A stretch of 63,134 bases of DNA, counting the filler, from Rhabdomonas costata (lineage: Eukaryota): assembly GCA_019059605.1 (NCBI GenBank). It is 53 parts of 53 records of this genome, joined end to end, with 100 filler letters (N's around TTAATTAATTAA, not from the genome) between each part and the next. Parts side by side here need not be neighbours in the genome. Positions count along the whole stretch, not along the records: positions 62,042 to 63,134 come from JAHMHO010029012.1; 52 more parts are not named here. One strand, given 5' to 3'. The translations under genes were made by a program, and so were the position numbers. Below, one piece after another: positions 62,103-63,134 of this stretch. The stretch's first letter is position 1. Each line of letters opens with the position of its first letter. The notes below the pieces were generated by a model, which saw nothing but the letters and a program-made list of their open reading frames with translations, searched no databases and was not told the DNA's origin.

Positions 62103-62707
62103 GATCGCGCTGATCGTGAGATACTGATGCCTTGGATCAATTTTTTTTGGGAATCCTATCGCACTGCCCTGGATGTCACTCGTACAAACCCCAGGCTGGA
62201 ATCCATCTACCATGATGCAGCCCGCAAGGCTTTTGGCTTTTGCCAGAGATACCAGAGGTATGGTGTTGATTTCTGTGGAAATAGTCTTGCCCAACTTGTC
62301 ACTTTGTCTGAGCATTTTGCATGGTATTTCAAAAGGAAAGTTGAATTTCGGAGGCTTTGCGATATCATCCGGAATCATTACCTGCAAAAGAATAAGTACT
62401 ACACACCTGAGCAGCGTGCCGCGATCCTGGTGAGTTTGGAGTCCTTCAACTTGTACATGGAAACTCGCTTCAAGCAGCTTCAGACTGCAACTTCGTTGGA
62501 TCTGTGGCAGGTTCTTTTTTCCAACATTCCGCTCCCCGCTAGTGTATGTGCTTGTTCGTTGTCCACGCCGCATGGACTGCACAACATGCTGCGCAGGAGG
62601 CCTACCGTAGCATCGAGGACATCCACGGAATCATCAGTGTCTTCAAGCGAGCTCCACCCACGAAGCAGATGATCGAGTACTTTGACAAGCTGACTCGCGT
62701 GTTCTGG
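62103..62707 (+). CDS. EIF3A: Eukaryotic translation initiation factor 3 subunit A, exons ~62103-62257, 62336-62510, 62597-62707
   Basis: DRADREILMPWINFFWESYR...AFGFCQRYQR|KVEFRRLCDIIRNH...ETRFKQLQTATSLDLWQ|EAYRSIEDIHG; hallmark eIF3a motifs. Confidence 0.97.
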
Positions 62708-63134
62708 GTAGCCACCTTTGTAGCCACCTTTTTTCGCATTCTTGACATCGCTTGTTGCCTGCGAACATTTTTTTGGTGCATCCTTCGTTTTTTATAGATA
62801 TTTCCAAAAAGATGGCTAGATGCGTGTTTATTCTTGAACTGTGGGACTGGTTGACCTTGAAGCGTGGTGAGGCAGCTTCATGTGAAAACAGCGCCCTGGC
62901 TTTTGTCAGGTTGCGAGAAACCACCTGTTCCACGCTTACGCCTGCCTGAAGCACCACAACCTGTTTTCCGCTTCCAAGTTGGCTTCCAAGTCAGAACTTT
63001 CCGATAAGGACAAAGAAGACCTCAGCCTGTATGCTTCATTCGCCTTTTATCTTCTAAAATTTTTTGCAAGGGAACTGCTTTGCCAACACAACGTGTCGGT
63101 AAAAAAAAAGTACATCTTCGGTGCACCCCACCAC

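Noticed and set aside
1..63134. rRNA, tRNA, CRISPR-Cas or a prokaryotic defence operon
   Set aside because: No conserved rRNA/tRNA structure or cas/defence genes were recognised. The only clearly bacterial segment is the integrase fragment, and contigs are too short to hold an operon.

Overview
This window is not contiguous DNA. It is an artificial concatenation of 53 short contigs (~1.09 kb each) joined by 100-bp linkers (44 N + TTAATTAATTAA + 44 N, with stops in all six frames), so neighbourhood across linkers is meaningless. Most contigs come from an intron-rich eukaryote that is probably a euglenozoan, most likely euglenid-like. Support comes from a PDEB-type tandem-GAF phosphodiesterase, a claudin/amastin-like protein, a CRE-like retroposon and GT-AG introns whose donors almost always have a pyrimidine at +4. 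Manual splicing recovers partial genes that the ORF track misses or mis-frames: eIF3a, katanin p80, COG8, CSN8, NOC4, SLP-2, a P4-ATPase, an ABCC transporter, a sulfotransferase, kinases, and RRM, ARM, EGF and ankyrin proteins. Mobile DNA includes a decayed Ty3/Gypsy pol, a decayed CRE-like non-LTR element and an AT-rich bacterial/phage tyrosine integrase abutting host exons. The most interesting items are an intron-containing gene for the 'SGNFWW' domain mostly known from giant viruses and phages, two contigs from a family of membrane receptors with tandem PstS-like phosphate-binding domains, the integrase-host junction, and a very recent exon+intron tandem duplication building an ankyrin array. 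G/T-only contig starts, A/C-only ends and terminal fold-back hairpins point to whole-genome-amplified (probably single-cell) material. No complete novel multi-gene system can be demonstrated from fragments this short. All family calls are from motif recognition, not database searches.
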